DNA of 64,000 nucleotides from Bdellovibrionales bacterium (GTDB lineage Bacteria; Bdellovibrionota; UBA1018): NCBI GenBank assembly GCA_947380295.1, contig CANCQK010000011.1, positions 27,975 to 91,974 of the forward strand, read 5' to 3'. Shown piece by piece: positions 56,132 to 64,000 of this stretch (position 1 is its first letter; each line of letters starts with the position of its first letter). The notes under the pieces were generated by a model. It saw only the letters and a program-made list of their open reading frames with translations, ran no database searches and was not told where the DNA came from. The position numbers and the translations under genes were made by a program.

Positions 56132-56260
56132 TGCACAGGGACGGAGCCAATTTAGTGGTGCACAGGGACGGAGCCAATTTAGGTCTCATGTTCAGAATTT
56201 AGTGCACAGGGACGGAGCCAATTTAGGTCTCATGTTCAGCACTTAGCCAACTCGGCGTTC
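56131..56260. repeat. REP-like array (three GTGCACAGGGACGGAGCCAATTTAG units)
   Basis: The units start at about 56131, 56158 and 56202. The last two extend to ...GTCTCATGTTCAG, as in copy 1. Confidence 0.85.
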
Positions 56261-56482
56261 CAATTTCGGTTTGTGTCAGCCTCTTAGGCAAATGGGGCCG
56301 ACAAAGCATCGAGAATTCGACTGGTAGAATCTCCTGGGTTCTAGAGCGGTCCGCAATTCTGCAGATTTTTAATGAAGATAGTCGCAATCTTGATTTGGTT
56401 TTATGAAATTTAGGCGTACCAAAGCCTTCCCAGGTCTGGAGCCGAGGAAAAGTAGGGTGGGTTGAGTTTTGAGGCGTTTCAA

Positions 56483-57202
56483 TTAGGTCGGTGAGGCTCG
56501 GGCAATGGCTAAATTCTTGGCGTAAAGCTGTTCCTTGAGGTGGGTTTCCATTTTTCTGACCCACACAGCATCGCCTATGAAGTGACTTAAGAATTGAGTC
56601 CAGCTCACCGTAAACTGTTCAAGGTATTTGCGAAAGAGAATACGATAAGCTCGCTGCCTCTCTTCGGGAGTATTTCCTAGGTCGACGTACCATTGAGGTG
56701 GAGTGAGGTGTTTGGTCCATGCATCGACTATCCCATGGGCGTAGAAGCGGTAAGAGTTCCAGAAGAAATATCTGAGTTTCTCGAGTTTCACCATTCCCGC
56801 TCGGATGGGATTTGCCTCGATGTAAAAATGAACCCTCATTTCTGATTCAGTGCCGCCAATCAGAGGAGTCTTCGGGCGTTCGTTGGCTACTTTTCCCGAG
56901 CGGTTAAAGACTCGATTGAATCGCATTCCAAAAGTGCCATGAGCAACTCGCATGAAGTGAGAAAGCTTGGATGCTCCGTTTCGGTAACTCATTTGTTGGT
57001 GAACGTGATTACTCATGAGGCAGAATGAGTGGATCTGGACCGAGTTGTCTGATCCCCGGTGTTTAAGGCCGTAAATCAGACTCTGAAAGAATAATTCTTT
57101 TGCACCGCTCTGCTCGAGTAGGTAGGCACTGTCGTGACATTTCCAAAATAAGTGAACCATTCCGGTAGGTTGAGATAAAACTTGATAACGGGATACACGC
57201 AT
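56483..57202 (-). CDS. REP-associated tyrosine transposase / IS200-like HUH transposase, copy 2
   Basis: It has the same 239-aa frame as 11085-11804, with about 11 substitutions, four of them clustered (IAAA to TESE). The 37-codon upstream extension to 57313 merely reads through tandem REP units. Confidence 0.85.
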   Translation of the reverse strand: MRVSRYQVLSQPTGMVHLFWKCHDSAYLLEQSGAKELFFQSLIYGLKHRGSDNSVQIHSFCLMSNHVHQQMSYRNGASKLSHFMRVAHGTFGMRFNRVFNRSGKVANERPKTPLIGGTESEMRVHFYIEANPIRAGMVKLEKLRYFFWNSYRFYAHGIVDAWTKHLTPPQWYVDLGNTPEERQRAYRILFRKYLEQFTVSWTQFLSHFIGDAVWVRKMETHLKEQLYAKNLAIARASPT

Positions 57203-57228
57203 AGTGCGCAGACCAGATGAAAGAAGTG

Positions 57229-57300
57229 CGCCAAACCAAGCTCCGTCCCTCCGATCTTCCCTCTCGCCAAACCAAGCTCCGTCCCTCCGATCTTCCCTCT
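57229..57300. repeat. two perfect tandem 36-bp units carrying the inverted REP core
   Basis: The unit CGCCAAACCAAGCTCCGTCCCTCCGATCTTCCCTCT occurs twice (57229-57264 and 57265-57300). GCTCCGTCCCT is the reverse complement of the left-array core. Confidence 0.85.
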
Positions 57301-57303
57301 TTA

Positions 57304-57441
57304 GACGGGACAAAATTGGGGACGGACCACGGTAAGCTCCGTAAATTGGGACAAAAATGTCCCAATACTTGAAATTGGGACAAAACGAAGGCTATTATTA
57401 AATCCAAGTGAGTTTTGAGAGCAGCTTTTGTCCCAATACTC
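57304..57441. promoter_or_regulatory. array of ATTGGGACAAAA boxes and a palindrome upstream of the Fic gene (putative operator or element end)
   Basis: ATTGGGACA-AAAA-TGTCCCAAT is a perfect palindrome at 57345-57366. Further boxes lie at 57374-57385 (direct) and 57427-57438 (inverted), with degenerate copies at 57304-57321. TGTCCCAATACT(T/C)GAAA is repeated at 57358 and 57429. Confidence 0.5.
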
Positions 57442-57460
57442 GAAACCTGGAGGAATCAGA

Positions 57461-58855
57461 ATGACAACGAAAAAACGTGACATCGAACAGTTAGTCCTAG
57501 GACTCTTGAAGGAAAAAGCTGAGCTCAGTGTCCGTGCCGTCGCTGAGGCGGCGGGAATGTCGAAGTTGGATGAGGGCGATCGAAAAGCAATTCGCCGTGT
57601 GCTTACTGCGCTGATAAAACGCGGACTTCTCGAGGCACGTGGTGCCGCGCGGGCCCGCGTTTACATTTCGCTAACACCCGCCCAGGGCAAAACAAACAAG
57701 AGGCATCCATCTTTAGATCCTTTTAACGATATTCCACTCTCCCAAGAGAGTGAGAGCCTCTTGAATTATGTTTCTCAATCGCTCCAGGCGCGAATACCGG
57801 TTGGATACAATCAGGACTTTCTCCGTTCGGCGTATGAACCGAATCAAAACTTTTATTTCACCAGTTCTCAAAGAGCGGAACTTCTGAAAACAGGCACTCC
57901 AGAAATCAAATCGAGACCCGCAGGAACCTACGCGCGCGCTATTTTGAATCGTCTTTTGATCGATTTATCTTGGAATTCGAGCCGCCTCGAGGGAAATACC
58001 TATTCACTCTTGGAAACCAAGCGACTCATTGAATTCGGCGAAAGTGCCGCAGGTAAAGATGCTGCCGAGGCGCAGATGATCTTGAATCATAAAAGAGCAA
58101 TCGAATACATCATCGAATCGACCACAGAGGAAAAAATAACAGTTCATGAGGTCTGCAGTATTCACGCGCTCCTTTCGGAAAACCTTTTGGGGGATCCCAG
58201 CGCGACAGGCCGAATTCGGCAAATTGCAGTGGGAATTGGCGGCACAAACTACATGCCGCTCGAAAACCCCCATGTATTGAATGAGTGTTTTCAACTTTTC
58301 ATTGAAAAACTCAACCTCATCCAAGATCCGTTTGAGCAATCCTTTTTTGCGCTGGTGCAATTATCTTATCTACAGGCATTCGAGGACGTAAATAAACGAA
58401 CTGCACGGCTTGTAGCCAATATTCCTCTGATTAAAAAGAATCTTCGACCCCTTTCTTTTATCAACATAGATCAAGAGGCTTATGTTAAATCCCTCCTGGG
58501 AATTTATGAAAAAAACGACGTGAGCCTATTTCGTGATCTTTACTGTTGGGGCTATAAGAGATCAGCGCAGCGCTATTCAGCAATTCAGCAAGCTATGGGA
58601 GAGCCCAATCTACTTAAGTTGAAATACCGTTCTGCAATCCAGGATATTATTCATAATATAATTACTGAAAAAGTCGCTGGTCCACAGGTGGTTCACAGAG
58701 TTAAAAGCCTCATGGAAGCAAAAAGAATTCCCGAGGTTGACTCGGTCGAGTTATTTGAAATCATAGAAACAGAAATCGTTAGCCTACATGACGGAAATAT
58801 CGCACGGTTCAAAATTCGGCCGAGCGAGTTTCAAGAGTGGAAAAGCTTGCAATGA
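57461..58855 (+). CDS. Fic-family protein: N-terminal wHTH, Fic_N inhibitory motif, degenerate Fic active-site loop
   Basis: The ATG at 57461 is preceded by GGAGGA. The wHTH-like N-terminus includes LSVRAVAEAAGMS...IRRVLTALIKRGLL. SSRLEG fits the (S/T)xxxE(G/N) inhibitory motif. The core loop reads QAFEDVNKRTAR where canonical Fic has HxFx(D/E)GNGRxxR. Confidence 0.8.
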   Translation: MTTKKRDIEQLVLGLLKEKAELSVRAVAEAAGMSKLDEGDRKAIRRVLTALIKRGLLEARGAARARVYISLTPAQGKTNKRHPSLDPFNDIPLSQESESLLNYVSQSLQARIPVGYNQDFLRSAYEPNQNFYFTSSQRAELLKTGTPEIKSRPAGTYARAILNRLLIDLSWNSSRLEGNTYSLLETKRLIEFGESAAGKDAAEAQMILNHKRAIEYIIESTTEEKITVHEVCSIHALLSENLLGDPSATGRIRQIAVGIGGTNYMPLENPHVLNECFQLFIEKLNLIQDPFEQSFFALVQLSYLQAFEDVNKRTARLVANIPLIKKNLRPLSFINIDQEAYVKSLLGIYEKNDVSLFRDLYCWGYKRSAQRYSAIQQAMGEPNLLKLKYRSAIQDIIHNIITEKVAGPQVVHRVKSLMEAKRIPEVDSVELFEIIETEIVSLHDGNIARFKIRPSEFQEWKSLQ

Positions 58856-58888
58856 GCTGAGTAGTTACACTGCAAGTTACCACTCAGA

Positions 58889-59200
58889 ATGGCCGCACTC
58901 GTTAAGCGAGGACGTTCTGTCTACCAAACTCAGTGCATTGCCTGCCACAATTCTAACCCGCACAAGCCCGGTTCTTTAGGACCTGATGTCTTTGGTTCTT
59001 CAAAAGAGCTCCTTGCGGCCCGAATCTTAAATGGCACCTACCCACCTGGCTATACTCCCAAGCGGGAGACGCACGTGGCGGTGTCCACATCTTCCACATC
59101 GTCATCAGCCGCAGTTCCGGCGTCTGTGCGCGGTGTGTGCGGGCAGCCGCGTGGTAAAATTCAGTTATTCAATTATTTTGGGGACGTCGGAGATCACTGA
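58889..59200 (+). pseudogene. probable remnant of a class I c-type cytochrome gene
   Basis: GRSVYQTQCIACHNSNPHKPGSLGPDVFGSSKELLAARIL is a cytochrome c fold with a CxxCH site. There is no signal peptide upstream, and the distal Met-ligand region is replaced by low-complexity STSSTSSSAA. Confidence 0.4.
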
Positions 59201-59363
59201 ACGAATGCAGGATGGGAGCTCGGATGCTTAATACTGGCTCGACGAGAGTCGAGCTGCGGCTCGAAGCGCCGGGGCCCCTAATTCTGATTGTGTAGCAAGC
59301 ATTTTTCAAAATCGATCTGTTCGGTGCGGGGTCGCAGCTGGGAGAGCGCCCTCACTTGCCTGG

Positions 59364-60731
59364 CTATAGCGGGGGCGAGAGGTCTCGTTGCCCCGAGTCT
59401 TGGCCTGGTCGAATTCCCCTGGCGTGAACAGATGCATTTTTGGGAGATTTTGCGAGTTCCATCCCCGTTGCTAATGCCGACAGCTTTGCCACGGATCCAT
59501 AAATCAGTTCAAGGACTGGGAGATCCTGAGGCTGCTCAGAGGCAGGTTCACCCTCAATTGCCTCAACGGACAAGTTGCGAAGGTCTGACATGCAAAGTTT
59601 TCTAAAGACCATGCCAGGGGCATTGAGGTTTTCCTCGTCGCCCTTTTCGGAGTGGGTTCTTAAAAAGCCTCCAATCAGCTCCGAACCAATGAGGTAAATG
59701 ACGGGTTCTGCAATCAAGCGATCTACGAGGGTTGTCGTAGGTACGCCTTCTTGGATTGCAACGCTCTGAATGGGGCGACGATTCTTCCCAACACTCATTT
59801 TGTTTTTTGTTCGCCGATTCATCTGGCGAACCTCATCCCCAGAGTGGGCCACCATGATGCCCATTCCGTAAGTGCCGGCATTATTTTTGATGAAAACGAA
59901 AGGTTTTCTCTGGATTTGGTGTGCTTCGTAAGACTTTCTAATTCTTTCGAGTGCTTGATCTACTTTGAGGGCGACTTCTTCGATGCCGACATTCTCGTTG
60001 AAGTTGACTGGCTCGACTTCATCCGTGTCGATTTGGATGCTCCAAGGATCGATTCCGACTAGTGCAGCAAACTCCCCGGCGAGTTGGTTGTAATATTTAA
60101 AATGGTCACTCTTTTTTCGCGAGTGCCATCCTAAAGTGTGACTTGGAACAATGGGTTGAGTAACTGCGTCAAGAATGGCGGGATAACCGCCCGAGAAATC
60201 ATTGTTGAGTAAAATGAGGTCGGGGACGAAATCTCCAGAGCAAAGGGATCCATTTTTGATTTGGATTGGGTACGCCGTGAGGTTTTTTCCGGTCACCGAA
60301 GTGAGAGGAACCGTTTGGGCGCTAGAATCTGCAAGTTCTCCGCACCATCCAATTTGAACTGAGAATCCAGCATTTTCAGTAATCTGTTTCAGGTAGTAAA
60401 GATTTTCGATGTAAAATGCATTCTGCGTGTGGGACTCAGGAATGATGAGGACCTTGTTTTGATGTGGACGTCCGAGAGCGCCCAAAATCGAGTCGATCTG
60501 AGCCTTCAAGATTGCTGGTGATGTTCGGATATCTTGGGGGCAGATATTATTAAACCCAGCAGGGAATAAATTACTATCCACCGGAACGATTTTGTAACCC
60601 GAGTCCCTCAAGTCGACTGAGCAATAAAAGGGGGGTGAATACTGTGCCGCGTAAGATGCAAACCAAGCATTAATCTCCTTCTGCTTGGTATAAATTTGCT
60701 CGGCCATCAGCTTCATGGTCTTCGAATACAT
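59364..60731 (-). CDS. gshA: glutamate--cysteine ligase (GshA, 'T. ferrooxidans-type' family)
   Basis: FYCSVDLRDSGYKIVPVDSNLFPAGFNNIC matches the family I recall as the GshA (ferrooxidans-type) family. The C-terminal roughly 25 aa may be an over-extension into the adjacent degenerate region. Confidence 0.7.
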   Translation of the reverse strand: MYSKTMKLMAEQIYTKQKEINAWFASYAAQYSPPFYCSVDLRDSGYKIVPVDSNLFPAGFNNICPQDIRTSPAILKAQIDSILGALGRPHQNKVLIIPESHTQNAFYIENLYYLKQITENAGFSVQIGWCGELADSSAQTVPLTSVTGKNLTAYPIQIKNGSLCSGDFVPDLILLNNDFSGGYPAILDAVTQPIVPSHTLGWHSRKKSDHFKYYNQLAGEFAALVGIDPWSIQIDTDEVEPVNFNENVGIEEVALKVDQALERIRKSYEAHQIQRKPFVFIKNNAGTYGMGIMVAHSGDEVRQMNRRTKNKMSVGKNRRPIQSVAIQEGVPTTTLVDRLIAEPVIYLIGSELIGGFLRTHSEKGDEENLNAPGMVFRKLCMSDLRNLSVEAIEGEPASEQPQDLPVLELIYGSVAKLSALATGMELAKSPKNASVHARGIRPGQDSGQRDLSPPL

Positions 60732-60746
60732 GATTCTTCTCCTGAT

Positions 60747-61787
60747 CTACTCATCCGATGAGGTATCGAGATGGTTGAGCGCATCGACTACGGATGAAGC
60801 GAGTTTTCCCTCTTCAGTGGGGGAACTCGCTTTCCAGGTTTGGAGCAGATCTTGCGCTTGTGAGACTGCTCTCTTATACAAAGGTTTCAGCAGAAACGCT
60901 AGTTCAGCCTGATATCGTTCCAGTTCTTTTCGTGTTCTTTTCTTGCGGTGAGATCCATCAGGCGAAGGAGGATTGAGACAGGCTAGCTTTAAGTTCCGAA
61001 AGGCATTTCCTATCTCGGTTGAAGTCGACTTTTGGATATCGCCATTTTTAGCTGAAAAAAGTGATTTTGAACGGCTGAGAGTCTCGATTAAACACTCGGT
61101 TCTTTTCTCAACTTGGTCTTTCACTTGGAGTTCAGAAAGCGTGCCGGATTTTGAGATCAGTCTGCATGCTTCTAGTTCGAGCTGGAGTTTAAAAAGCCCA
61201 ATTTGCTCACGAAGAAGAGGGCTTTTTATTTTTGTACGGTCGCTCTCTAGGCTGAGGAGTGCGAGTCGGGCACGATCGAAGTGATTTTTTGCTAAAAGAG
61301 CCTGGCCTTTGATTAAAGTAGACTCAGAAATCAGTTCCACGGAAAGAGAACTGGCTTTAGGCGTCTGTTGAATTTCTTGAATCACCAGCAGTGCTTCGTC
61401 GAATTTCTTTAAGCTCAAGTAGGATTTTCCGAGGACGAGGCGGAGGTTTTGGCTGCGCAGGTCTTGGCTATGGACGCTGATCGTGCCTTGGAGCAAAGGG
61501 ATGGCTTTCTGTGGCTTGTTGAGTCGAAAATAGCTGATCCCTAAAAGCTCAGTAGTTTCACCCAAATGAGGGTCTCCCGGGTAGCGATCCAAAAGTCGCT
61601 GAAGGTACTGAGTCGCTTCTTGAAAACGTGAATCTGAATAGGCTTTCTTGCCTTCGGTCCAGATGAATTGCGCCTCCTCTTGCGAGGTCGGGCCCGTGCT
61701 GGTGTCGACCGCGAGCGCGAGCGAGTTAGTTGCGAGCAGCCCCGCCAAAACCAGGATCTGAATTTGAATCAAACGCCAGAGCCACAT
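60747..61787 (-). CDS. TPR-repeat protein with a signal peptide (BamD/YbgF-like TPR architecture)
   Basis: The start is taken at MWLWRLIQIQILVLAGLLATNSLALA. TPR-like helices include YSDSRFQEATQYLQRLLDRYPGDPHLGETTELLGISYF. Even this start overlaps the upstream ATPase gene by 62 nt. Confidence 0.6.
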   Translation of the reverse strand: MWLWRLIQIQILVLAGLLATNSLALAVDTSTGPTSQEEAQFIWTEGKKAYSDSRFQEATQYLQRLLDRYPGDPHLGETTELLGISYFRLNKPQKAIPLLQGTISVHSQDLRSQNLRLVLGKSYLSLKKFDEALLVIQEIQQTPKASSLSVELISESTLIKGQALLAKNHFDRARLALLSLESDRTKIKSPLLREQIGLFKLQLELEACRLISKSGTLSELQVKDQVEKRTECLIETLSRSKSLFSAKNGDIQKSTSTEIGNAFRNLKLACLNPPSPDGSHRKKRTRKELERYQAELAFLLKPLYKRAVSQAQDLLQTWKASSPTEEGKLASSVVDALNHLDTSSDE

Positions 61788-62862
61788 GAAACAAGTCCTC
61801 CACCGAGTGAACATCTCGTGCGAGCTCTGGTAGTTTCGCACAAACCGGGATGGGTTTCTGCATAAAATTTTCAATAACGCGCCGCTCCCTTTCTTGAAGC
61901 GTGTGGATCAAGTGATAGGCTTCTTGCCAAGCTGGTGATGGTGGAGAGCTGAGGTCTGGCTTAAGTTCGTCCTTCAAGTAGGCTAGCGTGCGATTGAAGA
62001 TAATTCCCTCAAAGTGGAGGCCCTGGGTTTTTAAAGTCTGAATGAAATGCTCCACTTCTTCTTCGTGAGTGGGTGTCGGGGTGGTGACCATCAAAAACCC
62101 GACCTGAGGAGACTCCATGAGTTCTGTAATTCGCTTGAGATTCGCTGTAAAGTTCATCTGAACTGAGAACAAGCCTGATGCAAAGTCAAAAAGATGAGCC
62201 ATGAAGCTGGCTCCCGTTAATCCTTCAAGGATTGAAAAGGCTTTTTTCATCCCGGTCGCCACAAACTTATTAGCAGGGAGAACGAGCCAGCGAATCAGCT
62301 TTTCGTCGAAAAACTGGGCGAGGAGCCGCGGCGCTTCTAGAAACGCCAGTGTATTTCGAGTGGGTGGGGTGTCTAATATAATGCAATCATATTGGTCTTG
62401 GACGTGGAGGGCATGAAGGCGCTCCAAGGCCATATACTCATTTGTACCCGAGAACTCTTTAGCAAAAATTTGGAAAATTGGATTCCGCATGACTCTTTCA
62501 GCTGCAGCAGGATTGGGTGCTAACTCGCGGACAAAAGATTCAAAGGTCTTTCGCGTATCCGGCACGATGGCGGCCAACGTCCCAGTGAGGGTTTCAGGGA
62601 GGTGGGCGCCATTGAGTTTTGCTTTTTCAAATGCAGCTTTTAACTGTGGGGTGAGGTCGGTGGGATGATCTCCGAGTCCTGAGAGCCCCAGCGAGGTCGC
62701 GAGTCGTTTTGCTGGGTCAATGGTGACGACCACAGTTCTGCGACCCTGAAGAGCGGATCGGATTCCAAGGGCAGCGCTGAGAGTGGTTTTGCCCACACCT
62801 CCCGTGCCGCAGGTGATGATTACGCGTTTGTTGAGGAGGGTTTGGTCGATTGAAGCCTTCAT
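61726..62862 (-). CDS. ArsA/Get3-family ATPase (half-size), second of a pair
   Basis: The deviant Walker A is ITCGTGGVGKTT. IILDTPPTRNTLAFL corresponds to the ArsA DTAPTGHT signature region, which is degenerate here. Confidence 0.8.
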   Translation of the reverse strand: MKASIDQTLLNKRVIITCGTGGVGKTTLSAALGIRSALQGRRTVVVTIDPAKRLATSLGLSGLGDHPTDLTPQLKAAFEKAKLNGAHLPETLTGTLAAIVPDTRKTFESFVRELAPNPAAAERVMRNPIFQIFAKEFSGTNEYMALERLHALHVQDQYDCIILDTPPTRNTLAFLEAPRLLAQFFDEKLIRWLVLPANKFVATGMKKAFSILEGLTGASFMAHLFDFASGLFSVQMNFTANLKRITELMESPQVGFLMVTTPTPTHEEEVEHFIQTLKTQGLHFEGIIFNRTLAYLKDELKPDLSSPPSPAWQEAYHLIHTLQERERRVIENFMQKPIPVCAKLPELARDVHSVEDLFHVALAFDSNSDPGFGGAARN

Positions 62863-63749
62863 AAATAACCCTCACTTTGGAGTTGCTGGCATAAAATCTG
62901 GACTAAAGGAGATTTACTATTTTGGGGTTCGGGTGGAACTTGGCGCAGTGTTCCAAATTGAATTTCAGCCTCCTTCCAGATTCTGAGGTTAAACGATTCA
63001 AGCCAGGATCTCATTTGGGCATAGTCCTCGACCGATTTGGCGAGTGGACTGACACGCTCTAGCTGATCTGGCCTAAGTTCTAGGTTTTCACTCACTTTTG
63101 GGAAAACCCGGTTCACGAGAAAGGCTGCCGGATTCTGTTTGAAATTCCTGACCAAAAACTCATTCAGCTCCAATGATTCTCGAAGTGGCATTTCCTCCGG
63201 CAGGGACACTACGACGTGCCCCGTGTCTTGCGGAGATCCCAAAGTATTCAGCATCGCCACAGCATCTCGGTGGAGGGGGCCCGCACCGAAGAGATTTGAA
63301 ATGTTTTCTGTGCTTTGAAACATGGCCAGTCCATAGCCCGTGGATGGCATATCTACGATGACATGATCGTAGTGGTTGCGTTCATACCAGATTTTTCCGA
63401 GTAAAACGATTTCGTGGACCCCTGGTGCCGCTTTAGCTAAATACTGCATCAGCTTGTTTTGGACAAAAATTTGAGTCAGTCGAGGCATTCCGATTTTTAG
63501 GGCGGCATACTCCTCAAAGGCGAGCTGAAAGTTACAGTTCAAATGCCAGAGGAGAGGGCCCTGAGCGATAAGCTCACCGGGCGGACGAGTAGGGTCCTCG
63601 ATAGCCACCCAAAGGGTTTTTTTACCTTCAGCTGCCAATCCGAGTGCGATGGCCTGAGAGACTGAGGTTTTACCTACGCCCCCCTTGCCATGCACAAAGA
63701 TTAAGTTTCTGTGAAGTGTGGATGATATCATTTGAGAGACTAATGTCAT
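62859..63749 (-). CDS. ArsA/Get3-family ATPase (half-size), first of a pair
   Basis: The Walker A is VHGKGGVGKTSVS and VIVDMPSTGYGLAMF is the signature region. The gene overlaps the downstream ATPase gene by 4 nt (ATGA). Confidence 0.8.
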   Translation of the reverse strand: MTLVSQMISSTLHRNLIFVHGKGGVGKTSVSQAIALGLAAEGKKTLWVAIEDPTRPPGELIAQGPLLWHLNCNFQLAFEEYAALKIGMPRLTQIFVQNKLMQYLAKAAPGVHEIVLLGKIWYERNHYDHVIVDMPSTGYGLAMFQSTENISNLFGAGPLHRDAVAMLNTLGSPQDTGHVVVSLPEEMPLRESLELNEFLVRNFKQNPAAFLVNRVFPKVSENLELRPDQLERVSPLAKSVEDYAQMRSWLESFNLRIWKEAEIQFGTLRQVPPEPQNSKSPLVQILCQQLQSEGYL

Positions 63750-63889
63750 GGCTGCCTCGATCTCTGTCAGTCCTACTCCTAAGCGAAGCGGATCTCAAGA
63801 GAGACTTGACGAGTCTGGAAGTGTTCTTGTTTACAAGGGCTCGGGGTTTGTCATAAGCTAAAAGAAATTTATTATCGAGAGGAATTGGA

Positions 63890-64000
63890 ATGCTTAAAAT
63901 TCAGCAAGTCAGTTTGGTGTGTTTAAGTGGGATGATTTTGGGCTTGAGCGGGTGTGCTACCGGTCCGCGTGCATTCACAGGCGGACAGTATGATGATCCG
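63890..64000 (+). CDS. lipoprotein, 5' partial (runs off the window end)
   Basis: The ATG is preceded by GAGAGG. MLKIQQVSLVCLSGMILGLSGC carries a lipobox (LSGC). Confidence 0.6.
   Translation, partial: MLKIQQVSLVCLSGMILGLSGCATGPRAFTGGQYDDP

Larger units (their letters stand above)
56131..57300 (-). mobile_element. RAYT/IS200-like element, copy 2
   Basis: It has the same organisation as 10728-11893: a left REP-like array, a partly conserved spacer of about 220 bp, the transposase gene, and a right inverted REP array. Confidence 0.65.

Noticed and set aside
10728-57300. The two RAYT copies considered as the ends of a 46-kb composite transposon or genomic island.
   Set aside because: The intervening DNA is core housekeeping (ssb, mpl, ACIII, cytochrome oxidase, alaS). 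RAYT/IS200-type HUH enzymes are not known to form composite transposons, and the outer flanks show no matching target duplications.
56483-57313. Longer 276-aa version of RAYT copy 2 with an N-terminal REDRRDGAWFG-REDRRDGAWFG extension.
   Set aside because: The extension is a read-through of the two tandem 36-bp REP units. Copy 1 starts at the equivalent MRVSRYQV, and the repeat-encoded peptide has no counterpart there.

Overview
This is a densely coding 64-kb chromosomal segment with about 60 genes, no rRNA or tRNA genes and no CRISPR array. The gene content suggests an aerobic Bdellovibrio-like or 'delta-proteobacterial' lineage, but that is inference only.

Core content, in order:
- The tail of a TolC-like gene, followed by two tandem RND efflux pumps.
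- ssb, a GT2 polyprenol-phosphate glycosyltransferase, and cell-wall genes (a YafK-like L,D-transpeptidase, a beta-lactamase-family hydrolase, mpl).
- A signalling cluster: Hanks Ser/Thr kinase, OmpR-type response regulator, a beta-barrel candidate and a pseudo-receiver PP2C phosphatase.
- A cystathionine beta-synthase / gamma-lyase pair.
- A complete Alternative Complex III operon (actABCDEF).
- ctaA/ctaB, SCO1 and a caa3-type cytochrome oxidase whose subunit IV is fused to a dihaem cytochrome c.
- gpx, a GH15 hydrolase, PAP2, a peroxiredoxin, alaS, an SDR, gshA, a TPR protein and a split ArsA/Get3-like ATPase pair.

Accessory content:
- Two roughly 95% identical copies of a RAYT/IS200-like HUH transposase, each bracketed by inverted REP-like arrays with the core GGGACGGAGC. 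One copy replaced the interior of a gene.
- A class-II Fic protein with a degenerate active site, sitting behind an array of palindromic boxes.
- A HEPN/MNT pair and several gene remnants.

The most unusual signal is a multi-copy family of Sec-signal proteins that share a DUF1566/Lcl-like C-terminal domain ending in SVRC. It has three intact members, one clear remnant and one possible remnant. One member (931 aa) carries a papain-like Cys/His signature. Another combines ankyrin repeats with a near-canonical RING finger. A signal-peptide JmjC oxygenase lies next to the 931-aa gene. Together these look like an uncharacterised set of exported proteins with eukaryote-like domains. All domain calls come from reading motifs by eye; no database search was run.
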